Counted from the stretch's first letter, positions 1-11,068 are shown. The stretch: DNA of 64,000 nucleotides from Promethearchaeota archaeon Loki_b31 (GCA_005222975.1 NJBI01000003.1:70962-134961), one strand, 5' to 3'. Made by a program: numbers and translations. The notes: generated by a model not told the origin, from the letters alone.

Positions 1-2
1 CT

Positions 3-116
3 GAAAAAAATAACATGGCTTCTTTTGGCGAAATATCGAGTAAATCAGGTCAAAATGTAGACAAAACCTTTGAAGTTCTCACAGAGCTTACATTAGATAA
101 AATTGAAAATAGGTGA
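3..116 (+). CDS. Small GTPase (Rab/Ras-like), C-terminal fragment; gene starts before the window
   Basis: Frame 3 reads EKNNMASFGEISSKSGQNVDKTFEVLTELTLDKIENR*. EISSKSGQNVDKTF matches the G5 motif and last helix (ETSAKxGxNVxxxF) of Ras-superfamily GTPases. Not in the ORF track. Confidence 0.75.
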   Translation, partial: EKNNMASFGEISSKSGQNVDKTFEVLTELTLDKIENR

Positions 117-120
117 TTAA

Positions 121-1083
121 ATGGTCGAACGTGAATTTTTGACTCTTAACTCTTTATTTGATTCTATAGGACTTATCGAAAAAGGTATTGAAAAAGTTTA
201 TCACTATTTATTACAACACCAGAAAATTGATAATTTAAAGGAAGTCAGTACGGAATTTAATCTTACATTGAAAAGAGGCTATAAAATTTGTGCCGTTTTA
301 AACGACTTAGGATTAGTTCAAATTTACGATAGACCAATGAAAATACATTTATCTACTCCACCTGTGGCGATTTGGCAAAGAATTATAAACGAGCGTATTG
401 TGGAGTTATCACAGCTTTTTCAAGAAAAAAAAGAGGACGCGGAAAACGCGTTAAAAGAATTCATAAAAACTTATAACTTTATCGAACAAATAACTCAAGA
501 ATTCGTAGAGTTTATTAGTTACGACCTAACCAACTTCGATGAAACATATCATTCATTTCTAGCAGAAAAAGAATGTAAAATAGCCTTAGGAATAAGATAT
601 GAAAATGATTTAACTTCAATTATAAAAAAATATGGAATTTCGAATATTCCAGAGGATTTAAATAAATCCATGAGAGCTGGGATGATTAAAATTAAAGAAA
701 ATCTAATAAATATCAATATTCAAGTTATATTTAGTACCGAGTTGATTAATGAATTATTATCAAACGAGGAATTTAACCTTATTTCAAAATACATTGATTT
801 ATATGATTTAGAATTTAAAAGTATTGATGTACATGTCACTGACGAAGTTTTTAGTAATTTTAGTTTAACTGATAATGAATTAATTCAACCCAGTTTTGAT
901 CCAACTAATAAATTGTTTGGATCTTTTATCTCGCGAAATGCGAATATTTACCAAATTTTTTACGATAAATTTAATGAATTGTACGAAAAAGGAATTCCCT
1001 TGGTTCAATTTTTAAAAGAGCATAAATACATTACGATTGATTCTTTTTCTGAGAGCCAACTGTTTGGATTATGTTTGTTATAA
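121..1083 (+). CDS. Putative TrmB-like transcriptional regulator (N-terminal wHTH, coiled linker, C-terminal sensor domain)
   Basis: LFDSIGL..IEKVYHYLL..GYKICAVLNDLGLVQIYDRPMK resembles a TrmB N-terminal HTH. AGGTGA RBS overlaps the GTPase stop. Confidence 0.5.
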   Translation: MVEREFLTLNSLFDSIGLIEKGIEKVYHYLLQHQKIDNLKEVSTEFNLTLKRGYKICAVLNDLGLVQIYDRPMKIHLSTPPVAIWQRIINERIVELSQLFQEKKEDAENALKEFIKTYNFIEQITQEFVEFISYDLTNFDETYHSFLAEKECKIALGIRYENDLTSIIKKYGISNIPEDLNKSMRAGMIKIKENLININIQVIFSTELINELLSNEEFNLISKYIDLYDLEFKSIDVHVTDEVFSNFSLTDNELIQPSFDPTNKLFGSFISRNANIYQIFYDKFNELYEKGIPLVQFLKEHKYITIDSFSESQLFGLCLL

Positions 1084-1246
1084 AAAAACAAAAACAGTAT
1101 CAAAGGTAATTATATAAATTTAATTTATTTAGATAATAATTTTATAAATTAAACTCTAAATTGTTGTTTTGAATTAATAAGAAAAATTTTTTAAATTTCT
1201 AAGACAATTTAGTGGTAACTATTGATTTTTTCAATTTCAAGAAGAA

Positions 1247-2233
1247 ATGAAAAACTTCTTATCGCCAGATAAAATTTATTCTAACGTGGAAAATGGAAAA
1301 TTTAGTAAAGCTATAGCTGCTGAGCTGTTGATCTCATTAATCGAAGGAAGCGATAACCCAACAACTCGTGCTGAATCAATTAAAATTTCTGAGAAATTGA
1401 AAATTCACGATCAAAAAATCTTTAAAATCTTACAAAATTCTCTATTATCCGACGAGAGCCCATTAGTTAGGAAATCAGCTGCGAAATTCATTGGACAAAT
1501 TTTTTTAAAAAAAGGTTTAAACACGCTAATATGGGTTGTACAGCACGATAAATCTCCACGAGTTCTAAAAGCTATTTCTGATTTGAATAGCAGACTTAAT
1601 AAAGCCCGATTTAAGTCGTTAAGTAAAGAAATAAATATGTATTTGGCAGAAGTAGCGTTATCCGTTGGTATAGTTCAAAATGAAGCAAAATTTATATTAG
1701 ATTTGGAGGCTTTATTTGCTCAAAACGAAACTGATTATGAGCTTGAGTTAAAAACTTATCAATTCTACAAAAAATTAAAAGATAATAAACTTGGAGAATC
1801 TTGGCTTACGATAAGGAATAAACGCATTGAATCCTTGAGTTTCAATTATTATAATTGGAAATATTTGAAAGAAATCCCTAGTATGTTTAGCTCAATTTCT
1901 AAATTGCAAGATCCCCTGGTTTATTTAAATTACTTAGGAAAGATTGGTCTTAAAAGCAATAAAATTCTCAAAATACCCGACTCACTAGCGTTACTCACAA
2001 ATCTTAAAAAATTGAATATTAGTAGAAATAATATTAAGGAATTTCCAAAATCAATTTTATCACTTTCTTATCTTAAGTATTTAGACATAAGTCATAATAA
2101 AATTTCTGATATACCTGTGGAAATTAAAGATTTAAACTCATTGGATGTTCTGAGAATTCACCATAATAAATTTCGAAATATCCCAAATTACTTAAGAGAA
2201 TTCTTGCTTACACTTCAAGATTTTAAAATTTAA
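1247..2233 (+). CDS. HEAT-repeat + leucine-rich-repeat protein
   Basis: N-terminal HEAT-like units (DESPLVRKSAA, HDKSPRV). C-terminal LRRs of the type LxxLxxLxLSxNxIxxxP. Confidence 0.8.
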   Translation: MKNFLSPDKIYSNVENGKFSKAIAAELLISLIEGSDNPTTRAESIKISEKLKIHDQKIFKILQNSLLSDESPLVRKSAAKFIGQIFLKKGLNTLIWVVQHDKSPRVLKAISDLNSRLNKARFKSLSKEINMYLAEVALSVGIVQNEAKFILDLEALFAQNETDYELELKTYQFYKKLKDNKLGESWLTIRNKRIESLSFNYYNWKYLKEIPSMFSSISKLQDPLVYLNYLGKIGLKSNKILKIPDSLALLTNLKKLNISRNNIKEFPKSILSLSYLKYLDISHNKISDIPVEIKDLNSLDVLRIHHNKFRNIPNYLREFLLTLQDFKI

Positions 2234-2320
2234 ATATTTCTACACTTTTATCTGAGATAATTATTTAAGGAATAAAATAGAAAGTAAAATAAAAATAAAT
2301 TTAGAATTATGGTGTGAAAT

Positions 2321-4033
2321 TTGGAAGAAAAGAAAAAAGTATTGAATGGTGGCGATGTTCTAATAAAATGTTTACTCGAAGAAGACATTAAATATCTGTT
2401 TGGAATTATTGGTGGGCAATTCTTAAATATGTTTGATGCAATTTACAGATGGGGTAAAGAGAAGGGCATTGAAACCGTGATGTTTAGACATGAACAGGCT
2501 GCTGCCCATGCAGCCGATGCTTGGGCAAGAGTAACTAATAAACCAGGAATCTGTTTTGGAACAGTTGGTCCGGGCGCAACTCAACTCGTTCCGGGTGTTG
2601 GTGCGGCATGGAGCGATAATATGCCTATGATTGTAATTGTACCTCAAGTAAATAGTAAATTTGCAGATTCCTTCACTTTACAAGGAAACCTCGACCAAAT
2701 TACAATGTTCAAACCGATTACTAAATACCAAAAAAGTATTAGAACAATTGAAGAAATTCCTAACGCCGTCCAAAAATGTTTTAGAGAAGCTACAAGTGGT
2801 CGTCCAAGACCTGTCTTATTGGAAATATACGAAGATGCTTTTCTTGCTGAGGCTGAAGAAGACAAAATTTCTATTCTCACTTCAAATAAATACAGGGCTC
2901 TTGTGAAACCTGCTGTTGATAATGCATTAATTAAAGAATCGTTGGAATTACTATTAAAAGCAGAAAAACCTTTAATTGTTGCTGGAGGGGGTGTTTCTCG
3001 AGCAGAAGGAGGGAACGAGCTTCAAGAATTTGCTGAGTATTTAAAAATCCCTACGCTAACATCTATTATGGGTATGGGTACTATTTCAAGCGATTCAAAA
3101 TCTTTTGTCGGATCAACTATAGCTGGTGCTGGTTTAAAAGCAGCCGCAGAAGCAGATGTAGTTTTAGTTCTTGGTTGTAAATTTACTCATATTATGGCCC
3201 ATGGTCAGGAACCATTTTGGAAGGATTCACAAAAAATGATCCAAGTCGATATCGATCCAACCATTATAGGTCGAGCTAAACCAATTACTTTAGGTATTAT
3301 AGGAGATTGCAAGCAATTTTTAAAACAGATCCTTGAAGAAGCAAAGAAAGCGCAAAAAATTGAACAAAGAGATTGGTTGGAAGAAATGGTCAAAGCAAGA
3401 GAAAATTACATAACGACTATGATAAAAAAGGCATCGAAAGATAAAATACCAATTGTTCCTCAACGATTAATAAAAGATGTTTTAGAAAGTATAGATGACG
3501 ATGCAATTTTAGTTTTAGATGGCGGAGATATTGTATGCTACGCTATGGAACAAATAGATATTCACAAACCAAGGCCTCCACTTTCTACTGTAGAAGCAGT
3601 CGGTATGGGCCATTTAGGTACTGGAATTCCTTACGGTATTGGTGCTAAATTAGCAAAGCCTGATAAACAAGTTGTAGCAATAACTGGAGACGGATCATTT
3701 ATGATGAACATTCAGGATCTTGAAACAGCCGCTAGATTGGGATTAAAAAACCTAATATACATAGTTGCCAATAACAGTGCGTGGGGCATGCTTAAATCAG
3801 GGCAAAAGCTCTTCGTAGGTAAGCGTTATATCGATGTGGAACTCCCACCTTTTGACTACGCTAAATGTGCCGAAGGATTTGGTTGTTATGGAGAAGTAGT
3901 TACCGATCCTAACGAGATTAAACCCGCCTTCGAGAGAGCAAAAAACTCGGGGAAACCTGCTGTAATAGATATAAAGATAGCTTGGAGTATTCCCGATTCA
4001 ACTAAGCTTTTAGGTAGTATGGGAATTTTATAA
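2321..4033 (+). CDS. Thiamine-diphosphate enzyme, acetolactate synthase / 2-hydroxyacyl-CoA lyase family
   Basis: RHEQAAAHAADAWAR, GPGAT and the TPP motif GDGSF..NNSAWG. TTG start after GGTG. Confidence 0.9.
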   Translation: MEEKKKVLNGGDVLIKCLLEEDIKYLFGIIGGQFLNMFDAIYRWGKEKGIETVMFRHEQAAAHAADAWARVTNKPGICFGTVGPGATQLVPGVGAAWSDNMPMIVIVPQVNSKFADSFTLQGNLDQITMFKPITKYQKSIRTIEEIPNAVQKCFREATSGRPRPVLLEIYEDAFLAEAEEDKISILTSNKYRALVKPAVDNALIKESLELLLKAEKPLIVAGGGVSRAEGGNELQEFAEYLKIPTLTSIMGMGTISSDSKSFVGSTIAGAGLKAAAEADVVLVLGCKFTHIMAHGQEPFWKDSQKMIQVDIDPTIIGRAKPITLGIIGDCKQFLKQILEEAKKAQKIEQRDWLEEMVKARENYITTMIKKASKDKIPIVPQRLIKDVLESIDDDAILVLDGGDIVCYAMEQIDIHKPRPPLSTVEAVGMGHLGTGIPYGIGAKLAKPDKQVVAITGDGSFMMNIQDLETAARLGLKNLIYIVANNSAWGMLKSGQKLFVGKRYIDVELPPFDYAKCAEGFGCYGEVVTDPNEIKPAFERAKNSGKPAVIDIKIAWSIPDSTKLLGSMGIL

Positions 4034-4089
4034 CCAATAAAAATATATTCTATTTTTTTTTAAATTATAATTAATAGAGTGTGAGATAT

Positions 4090-5109
4090 ATGAAAGGAGC
4101 AGTATTTGTAGGAAAACATCAAATTGAAATAAGAGACGATATACCTAAACCAGAGGTTCTTTCTGACGAGGTATTAATAAAGGTAAAATATTGCGGTATA
4201 TGTGGTTCTGGAATTGAATCTTACGAATCTGGGGGGATGTATTTGCCTGGAATCGTTATTGGTCACGAGTTTTCGGGAGAAATCGTGGAAATAGGCGATA
4301 ATGTAAGAAAAAGGAAAATAGGTGATCGAGTAACGGTAAATCCTAATGTTCCGTGCCACGATTGTTATTGGTGCAACCATTACCAAGAAAATATGTGCAA
4401 ATTAAGTAATAATGGTTTAGGTACGACTCAAAATGGTGGAATGGCAGAATTCATAAACTTAAAGGCGGAGCGGTTACACGCCTTACCAGACTCAATGTCG
4501 TTCAAAGCAGGAGCTACAGTAGAACCATTAGCAAACTGTGTGTACGCAGTTCAACAATCGGGTTTAAAAATTGGTGATAGCGTTGCAGTTATTGGAGCGG
4601 GAACAATAGGATTAATGACGATTCAAACGCTAAAAGTTGCCGGTGCTGGTAGTATTTACGTAATAGAACCCGTTGAATCAAAACAAAAAAAAGCGCTTGA
4701 AGTAGGTGCAGAAAAGGCGTTAAAACCAAACGCTTGGAATAAGATCGTTAGATTAACTAATAAAATTGGACCTGATCACGTTTTTGATTGTGTAGGGCTT
4801 CCAGAAACTTATATGACATCAATGAATTTAGTTAAAAGAGGAGGCCAAATAACACTTATTGGAATACATGTAGAATCTTTCGAAATGAAAGGGTTTATGC
4901 AGCTAATGCTCAAAAACATTTCAATGAAAGGAGTGTTTAGTTTTAACCAAGAAGTTTTCGCAACCTCGTTAAATTTAATCGCTGAAAGTAAAGTAAATGT
5001 AGACCCAATAATTACAAAAACGATAAAAATAGACGAAGTACCCGCAATGTTTAAAACATTAGCTAATCCGCCACATGAAGAGATAAAAGTACTTGTAGAG
5101 TTCGATTAA
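4090..5109 (+). CDS. Zn-dependent medium-chain alcohol/sugar-alcohol dehydrogenase
   Basis: CGICGS, GHEFSG, structural Zn site CHDCYWC..C, GAGTIG. ATG 4090 preferred over GTG 4081. Confidence 0.9.
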   Translation: MKGAVFVGKHQIEIRDDIPKPEVLSDEVLIKVKYCGICGSGIESYESGGMYLPGIVIGHEFSGEIVEIGDNVRKRKIGDRVTVNPNVPCHDCYWCNHYQENMCKLSNNGLGTTQNGGMAEFINLKAERLHALPDSMSFKAGATVEPLANCVYAVQQSGLKIGDSVAVIGAGTIGLMTIQTLKVAGAGSIYVIEPVESKQKKALEVGAEKALKPNAWNKIVRLTNKIGPDHVFDCVGLPETYMTSMNLVKRGGQITLIGIHVESFEMKGFMQLMLKNISMKGVFSFNQEVFATSLNLIAESKVNVDPIITKTIKIDEVPAMFKTLANPPHEEIKVLVEFD

Positions 5110-5266
5110 TTTTTAATTAATTATTATTTTTCCTATTTTTTTAGTTATTATTTTCAATCGAGCTATAGAAAAATTTTATAAATTCCCAAAATAATAATAA
5201 CGATACTTATTGATTTAGGAAATATCAAATCAATATGTAAGTAAAAAAAAAAGGTGTTAAATAAAA

Positions 5267-6999
5267 ATGCAAAATCAAAAATCTCCATATGATTCAAAAA
5301 TATGGTTAAAATCTTATGATAAGCATGTTAAACCCACTTTAGAATATCCCAAAGAAAGCCTTGGCAAATTATTCGATAACGCAATGGCGAAATTTCCTGA
5401 AAGACCTGCCTGCTTTTTCATGGAAAGAGAAATGCCTTTTAAAGAGCTTAGAGATTATGTACATAGATTTGCAACTTTTTTACAGAAAAATGGTTTGAAA
5501 AAGGGAGATCGTGTTTGTATAAACTTACCTAATTGCCCTCAATATTTAGCGGCACACTTTGGAACATTATTAGTTGGTGGTGTAGCCTCAGGGTGTTCAC
5601 CTCTTTTAAGTCCTCCTGAAATTGCTTATCAAATAAATGACAGTGAAGCTAAATTTTTCGTAACTTTAGATGCGGTATATGCGAAGGTATTAATAAAAGT
5701 CTTAGAAAAAACACCAAATCTTAAGTGCATCATAACCACTAATATCGCAGATTATATGGGACTTCCTAAAGTCAAAGTAATTCTTGGTAAATTAATAGGA
5801 AAAATTCCAAAAGGAAAAGTTACACCATATGAAGGAAAAATGGTTATTGATTTCCTAGAAGTGATGAAAACACCAATCGATTTTAAAGAAGCAGAAATAG
5901 ATGTGAAAAAAGATCTTGCTTTACTTCAATATACTGGTGGAACTACAGGGCTGCCTAAAGGTACGGAACTTACTCATGCCAACATAGCAGCTAATATAGT
6001 TCAAGTTGCAAATTGGCTTGATACAGATGAAGCAAAAGAGGGAGAATTTAATTTATCTGCTTTTCCACTCTTTCATTTAGCAGGTCTATTTATGGGTATG
6101 TCAACCCTGTATACTTCAGCTGGGCAAATATTAATTGCTAACCCTAGGGATACAGACCATATTATAAAAGAAATGATGGATAAAAATCCTAAGATAGTGG
6201 TGAATGTACCAACATTATTTTTAGCTATAAAAAATAATCCAAAAATAAAGGATGTTTCCAAGTCCACCTTTGATAATGTTGATGTTTATGTTTCTGGTGC
6301 TGCACCATTTCCCGCGGAAGCAATTCACGATTTCGAAGATTCGATGTTTGCGAAAAACAAATTATTGGAATTATATGGTATGACCGAAACATCACCCGTG
6401 CTTACCATGAATCCTTTTTATGGTAAAAAAAAAATAGGCACTGTTGGTTTACCAATGCCAGATACCGAAATACGCCTTGTTGATGTTGAAACTGGAGAAC
6501 AAGTGGAGCTTGGCAAACCCGGGGAAATAATTTGCAAAGGGCCTCAAGTTATAGAGGTTACTATAACAAACCAGAAGCAAATGCTCAAACTATTATTGAT
6601 GGATGGCTTCATACTGGAGATGTTGGTGAAATGGATGAAGACGGATTCATTACAATTGTAGATCGAACTAAAGATATGTTAATCGTAAGCGGATATAAGG
6701 TTTATAGCGTTCATGTTGAGGATATTTTAACAAAACACCCAGACATCGAATTAGTTGCCATCATTGGATTAAAAGATCCCGATCGACCGGGTAGTGAAAT
6801 TGTCAAAGCAGTCGTTCAACTTAAAGAGGGGATCGAACCAACTGATTCTGTAAAAGAGACTTTAAAAAAATATGCTTCTGAACATCTCTCGAAATATGAA
6901 AACCCTAGAGTTTGGGACTTTAGAGAAGAGTTACCTCTCACATTAGTGGGTAAAATATTAAAAAGAGCACTTCGAGAAGAAGAAACTAAAAATGATTAA
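5267..6999 (+). pseudogene. Long-chain fatty-acid-CoA ligase split by a 1-nt frameshift at ~6552
   Basis: AMP-binding QYTGGTTGLPKG and YGMTE lie in ORF 5267-6661. GYYNKPE, GWLHTGD and the final lysine motif (TLVGKI) lie in ORF 6532-6999. The two join at KGPQV|xRGYY. Confidence 0.85.
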
Positions 7000-7090
7000 T
7001 TAAAACTTTTTTTTTCTATTTTTATAAAATTATTTTAAGGACTTCATCAAATACTAAATATAGTTATAAAATTATTTCTAACTCAAAGAG

Positions 7091-8383
7091 TTGATGTTAT
7101 TGAATAATAAAAAAGGACAAGTTCAATGTATAAATGATGAAATTCTCGAAAAAATGCAACTAAAATTTCGATATAAATTTCTAAACAATAATTTAATTGC
7201 CGTATTAAAACCAGAGGATTATAAATTTCTTCGAGAGGTTGAGAAATTTTATATTAATTTTGAAAAAAAATATAATATTACTCATAATGAGGATTTTTAC
7301 GAGTGGTTTCCAGAAATAGGTAAAGCAGGGCTTCTCACAAGAATAAATCATTTCAACAATTTTGATTTAAATTATGAGCCATATGGATTGAAGGCAGAAT
7401 TTCTAAGATTGCTTGCAACTGATTTTTTTGATCCTCAAATGACGATGAGCATGGGAGCATGCGTTCTTGCAGTAAATCCACTCTTACTTCACAATGAAGG
7501 TGTTGATGTTCGTTTAAAAGCACTTAAAGAATTGGTAACTGGAGAGAAAATAGGCTGTATTTGTATTACAGAACCAGAAAGAGGTTCCGATGCCGTTCAT
7601 ATGGAAACTACCTGTGATGAACAAGAAAATGGGGATTATTTAATAAATGGTCAAAAGATTTATCAAACAAATGGACCCAAAGCAGATTGGGCAATTATTT
7701 ATGCATGTTCAGAAAAAGATAATGGAAATACAATGGCTCAATTTTTAGTAGATACATCATGGGAAGGATGGAATGTTGAAAAAATTAATATTCCTTGGGT
7801 ACCAAGAATATCTCTTGGAAAAGAGACATTTAAAAATTTAAAAGTACCTAAAGAATATGTTTTGGGAGCACCTGGTTTAGGGCGTGAATATCTTTTTGAA
7901 GGTTTAAATTTAGAGCGATTAGGAGGTTGTTCTTTATATATTTCGGAAGCTTGGAACGCTGTTACACACGCAGTAATTTATACTAACATGCGAAAACAAT
8001 TTAACCAAGAAATCTTAAAATTCCAAGGAGTTGGATTTACATTATCAGATTTATGGGCAAAAACAATGAATTTAACTTTAGCTCTCTTATATATATCTGA
8101 ACTGGTTGATAATACTCTAAAAAAAAATGATGGAATCCTTCCTAAAGCTTTTAACTTATCTTTAGGAGTTTATGTGTCTCAACTAAAGTATCAATGTGCA
8201 AAGTTAAGTGAAAGAGTATGCTATGAATCTGCAAATCTTATGGGTGGAGCGGGAGTCTGTGATAATACATTAATGCAAGATTTGCTCGGAATCTCAAGAA
8301 TACAGGAAATTGGGGCTGGAACAAGACAAATCCAACAATATATTATGAGCTATAGCTTAAGAAGGCTATTTAAGATGCTTTAA
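7091..8383 (+). CDS. Acyl-CoA dehydrogenase
   Basis: ITEPERGSDA, INGQKIYQTNG, RKQFNQEI, MGGAG, IGAGT. True start may be ATG 7154. Confidence 0.9.
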   Translation: MMLLNNKKGQVQCINDEILEKMQLKFRYKFLNNNLIAVLKPEDYKFLREVEKFYINFEKKYNITHNEDFYEWFPEIGKAGLLTRINHFNNFDLNYEPYGLKAEFLRLLATDFFDPQMTMSMGACVLAVNPLLLHNEGVDVRLKALKELVTGEKIGCICITEPERGSDAVHMETTCDEQENGDYLINGQKIYQTNGPKADWAIIYACSEKDNGNTMAQFLVDTSWEGWNVEKINIPWVPRISLGKETFKNLKVPKEYVLGAPGLGREYLFEGLNLERLGGCSLYISEAWNAVTHAVIYTNMRKQFNQEILKFQGVGFTLSDLWAKTMNLTLALLYISELVDNTLKKNDGILPKAFNLSLGVYVSQLKYQCAKLSERVCYESANLMGGAGVCDNTLMQDLLGISRIQEIGAGTRQIQQYIMSYSLRRLFKML

Positions 8384-8558
8384 TGTTTTTATTGATTGAA
8401 TTTCTTTAAAAATAATTTTATTCTTCTCTTCTTTTTTTTCTTTTGGCTAAGATTAAACTTAGATTACTTCTAAATTCAAGTTGTAAACAATTATAAATGA
8501 AAAAATCTAACTCTATATATTATAAGTTTATTCAAATTAATCATTTTGAGAATTTTAA

Positions 8559-9380
8559 ATGAAAATCGAAGATATTCAAGATATAATCTATGAAAAGGAA
8601 GAAAACGGAATCTGTACCGTTACAATTTACCAACCCAAAAGGAAAAATGCAATGTCATTTGTAACCTTTTTAGAAATTGAGACGGTGTTAGCAGATATGG
8701 AATCTGATAAAAATGCTAAAGTTTTAATTATTACTGGCTGCGAAGAAGCTAACGCGTTTTCGTCAGGTGGATATTTCAATATGAATATGATAACTTCAAT
8801 TCCCAAAGAAATATTGGAAGAAATTGATTTAACAGATATCGCGATAAAAAGATTGTCTATGAAATTTTGGAATTTTTCTAAACCGGTAATCGCTGCTATA
8901 AACGGATTAGCGGTAGGTGCGGGTTTTACTATGCCCTTAATAGGGGCTGATTTAATTTATATGTCTGAAGATGCTTGGATTGGTTTTTATTTTATAAGAC
9001 GCGCAGTAATAGCGGAATTCGGCGCCGATTTTTTACTTCCTTTTTACATTGGTTTTCAGAAAACCAAAGAATTGCTTTATTTTGGTAAAAAGATAACTGC
9101 TCAAGAAGCCTACGAGCTTGGACTTGTAAATAAAGTTTTACCAAAAGAAGAATTGATGCCATTTGTTAGAGAACAAGCGTTGAAACTTATTCCTCCTAAA
9201 GGTCCGTCTTTATCGTTAAAATTAATGAAAAAAACTATGCACGATTATTTTAAAGACATTTTATCAAGAACGCTAGACCTTGAAAACGAAGGTCTCAGAA
9301 CTCTTTTAAAAACCCACGACTTTAGAGAATCGTTGAAAGCATTAATTCAGAAACGAGATCCAACTTTTAAAGGAAAATAA
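8559..9380 (+). CDS. Enoyl-CoA hydratase/isomerase (crotonase) family protein
   Basis: AFSSGG, KPVIAAINGLAVGAG, ITAQEAYELGLVNKV, KRDPTFKG. Confidence 0.9.
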   Translation: MKIEDIQDIIYEKEENGICTVTIYQPKRKNAMSFVTFLEIETVLADMESDKNAKVLIITGCEEANAFSSGGYFNMNMITSIPKEILEEIDLTDIAIKRLSMKFWNFSKPVIAAINGLAVGAGFTMPLIGADLIYMSEDAWIGFYFIRRAVIAEFGADFLLPFYIGFQKTKELLYFGKKITAQEAYELGLVNKVLPKEELMPFVREQALKLIPPKGPSLSLKLMKKTMHDYFKDILSRTLDLENEGLRTLLKTHDFRESLKALIQKRDPTFKGK

Positions 9381-9425
9381 TAATTAAAGTCATAAAAATT
9401 GTTTTTACTAAGTTAGATTTGGACT

Positions 9426-10946
9426 ATGACTATTGATAAAATTGGTTTTGATAACGAAAAGTATCTAAAAGAACAATCTAAGAGCATCTTAGATCGATCA
9501 GCTCAATTTGGAAATAAATTATATCTTGAATTCGGCGGAAAGCTGGTCTATGATTATCATGCTTCGCGAGTCCTTCCAGGTTTCGACCCAAATGTGAAAA
9601 TGAAGCTTTTGAAGACTCTAAAAGATAAAATTGAAGTTATTATTTGTATATATTCTGGAGATATAGAAAGAAGGAAGATTCGCGCAGATTTTGGCATAAC
9701 ATATGATAATAATGCACTGAAATTAATCGACGATCTTCGAGATGGGGGTATTAACATATGTGCCGTGGTAGTGACGCGTTATAATGGTCAACAAGTAGTA
9801 AAACAATTCATGAATAAACTGGAACGCCGTGATATAAAAGTAGTTACACATCACCTAATTAGAGGTTATCCAACCAACATTGATTTAATTATAAGTAAAG
9901 AGGGGTATGGTTCAAATGATTATATTGAAACATCCAAACCTATAATCATAGTCACTGCACCCGGACCGGGTAGTGGAAAATTGGCAACTTGTCTTTCTCA
10001 AATGTATCACGAGCATATAAGGGGGATAGATGCGGGTTATGCAAAATTTGAAACTTTTCCAATTTGGAACTTGCCGTTAAAACATCCTGTAAATATGGCA
10101 TACGAATCGGCGACTGCTGACATCGGGGATTTTAATCAAGTTGATCCCTTTCATCTTGAAACTTATAATATTACCGCAATAAATTATAACAGAGATGTTG
10201 AGATTTTTCCGGTGGTCAAGAAAATTATGCTAAGGATTATGGGTAAAAAATTAGTATATAAATCTCCTACTGATATGGGTGTAAATAAAGCAGGCTTTGC
10301 TATAATTAACGATGATCTGGTGCAGCAAGCAGCAAAACAGGAATTGATCCGAAGATATTTTCGGTATAGCTGTGAATATGCAATGGGTGTTGCGGAAAAG
10401 AAAACTGTACAGAGAGCGGAATTGTTGATGAAAGAATTGAACCTCACAGTATTTGATCGAGAAGTGGTAAAAGAAGCTCGTCAAGCGTCTATAGATGCCC
10501 AAAAAAATGGTAAAGGAAATGAGGGTGTATTTGCTGGAGCTGCGTTACAATTGAGGAATGGAAAAATAATGACTGGTAATAATTCTCCACTGATGCATGC
10601 TGCTTCCAGTTTAGTCTTAAATACGATCAAAGAATTAGCTGGTATCCCTAAAAACATTCATCTTTTGTCTCCAAATATTTTAAAATCCATAAGTTATTTA
10701 AAATCGGAGATTTTTAATAACAAGCGATTGAGCCTTAATCTTGAAGAGACTCTTATAGCCTTAAGCATAAGTGCCGATTTCAATCCTTCTGCTAAAGTTG
10801 CAATAGAAAAACTTAAGGAACTTTATGGTTGCGAAACGCATTCGACCCATATACCCACTCCAGGAGACGAAGCTGGCTTGAGAAGATTAGGACTTAATAT
10901 AACATCAGATCCAAATTTTTCATCGAGAAGTCTTTTTATAACCTAA
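9426..10946 (+). CDS. DUF1846 (UPF0371) family P-loop protein
   Basis: KLYLEFGGKL, HASRVLPGFDP, TAPGPGSGKLATCLSQ, YAKFETFPIWNLPLKHPVN. Confidence 0.9.
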   Translation: MTIDKIGFDNEKYLKEQSKSILDRSAQFGNKLYLEFGGKLVYDYHASRVLPGFDPNVKMKLLKTLKDKIEVIICIYSGDIERRKIRADFGITYDNNALKLIDDLRDGGINICAVVVTRYNGQQVVKQFMNKLERRDIKVVTHHLIRGYPTNIDLIISKEGYGSNDYIETSKPIIIVTAPGPGSGKLATCLSQMYHEHIRGIDAGYAKFETFPIWNLPLKHPVNMAYESATADIGDFNQVDPFHLETYNITAINYNRDVEIFPVVKKIMLRIMGKKLVYKSPTDMGVNKAGFAIINDDLVQQAAKQELIRRYFRYSCEYAMGVAEKKTVQRAELLMKELNLTVFDREVVKEARQASIDAQKNGKGNEGVFAGAALQLRNGKIMTGNNSPLMHAASSLVLNTIKELAGIPKNIHLLSPNILKSISYLKSEIFNNKRLSLNLEETLIALSISADFNPSAKVAIEKLKELYGCETHSTHIPTPGDEAGLRRLGLNITSDPNFSSRSLFIT

Positions 10947-11068
10947 TTATATATCAATAATTTAATTTTTTATAATCTCGAAATTCTTATAAAATGTGGT
11001 TGCTATTTAATATATTTATAAAGACCAATTAATAATTATTATAAAAATCGGAGATGTGAAATATAGAA

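Noticed and set aside
6541-6570. Programmed ribosomal frameshift in the acyl-CoA ligase
   Set aside because: No slippery heptamer or homopolymer at the junction; a single deleted base explains it.
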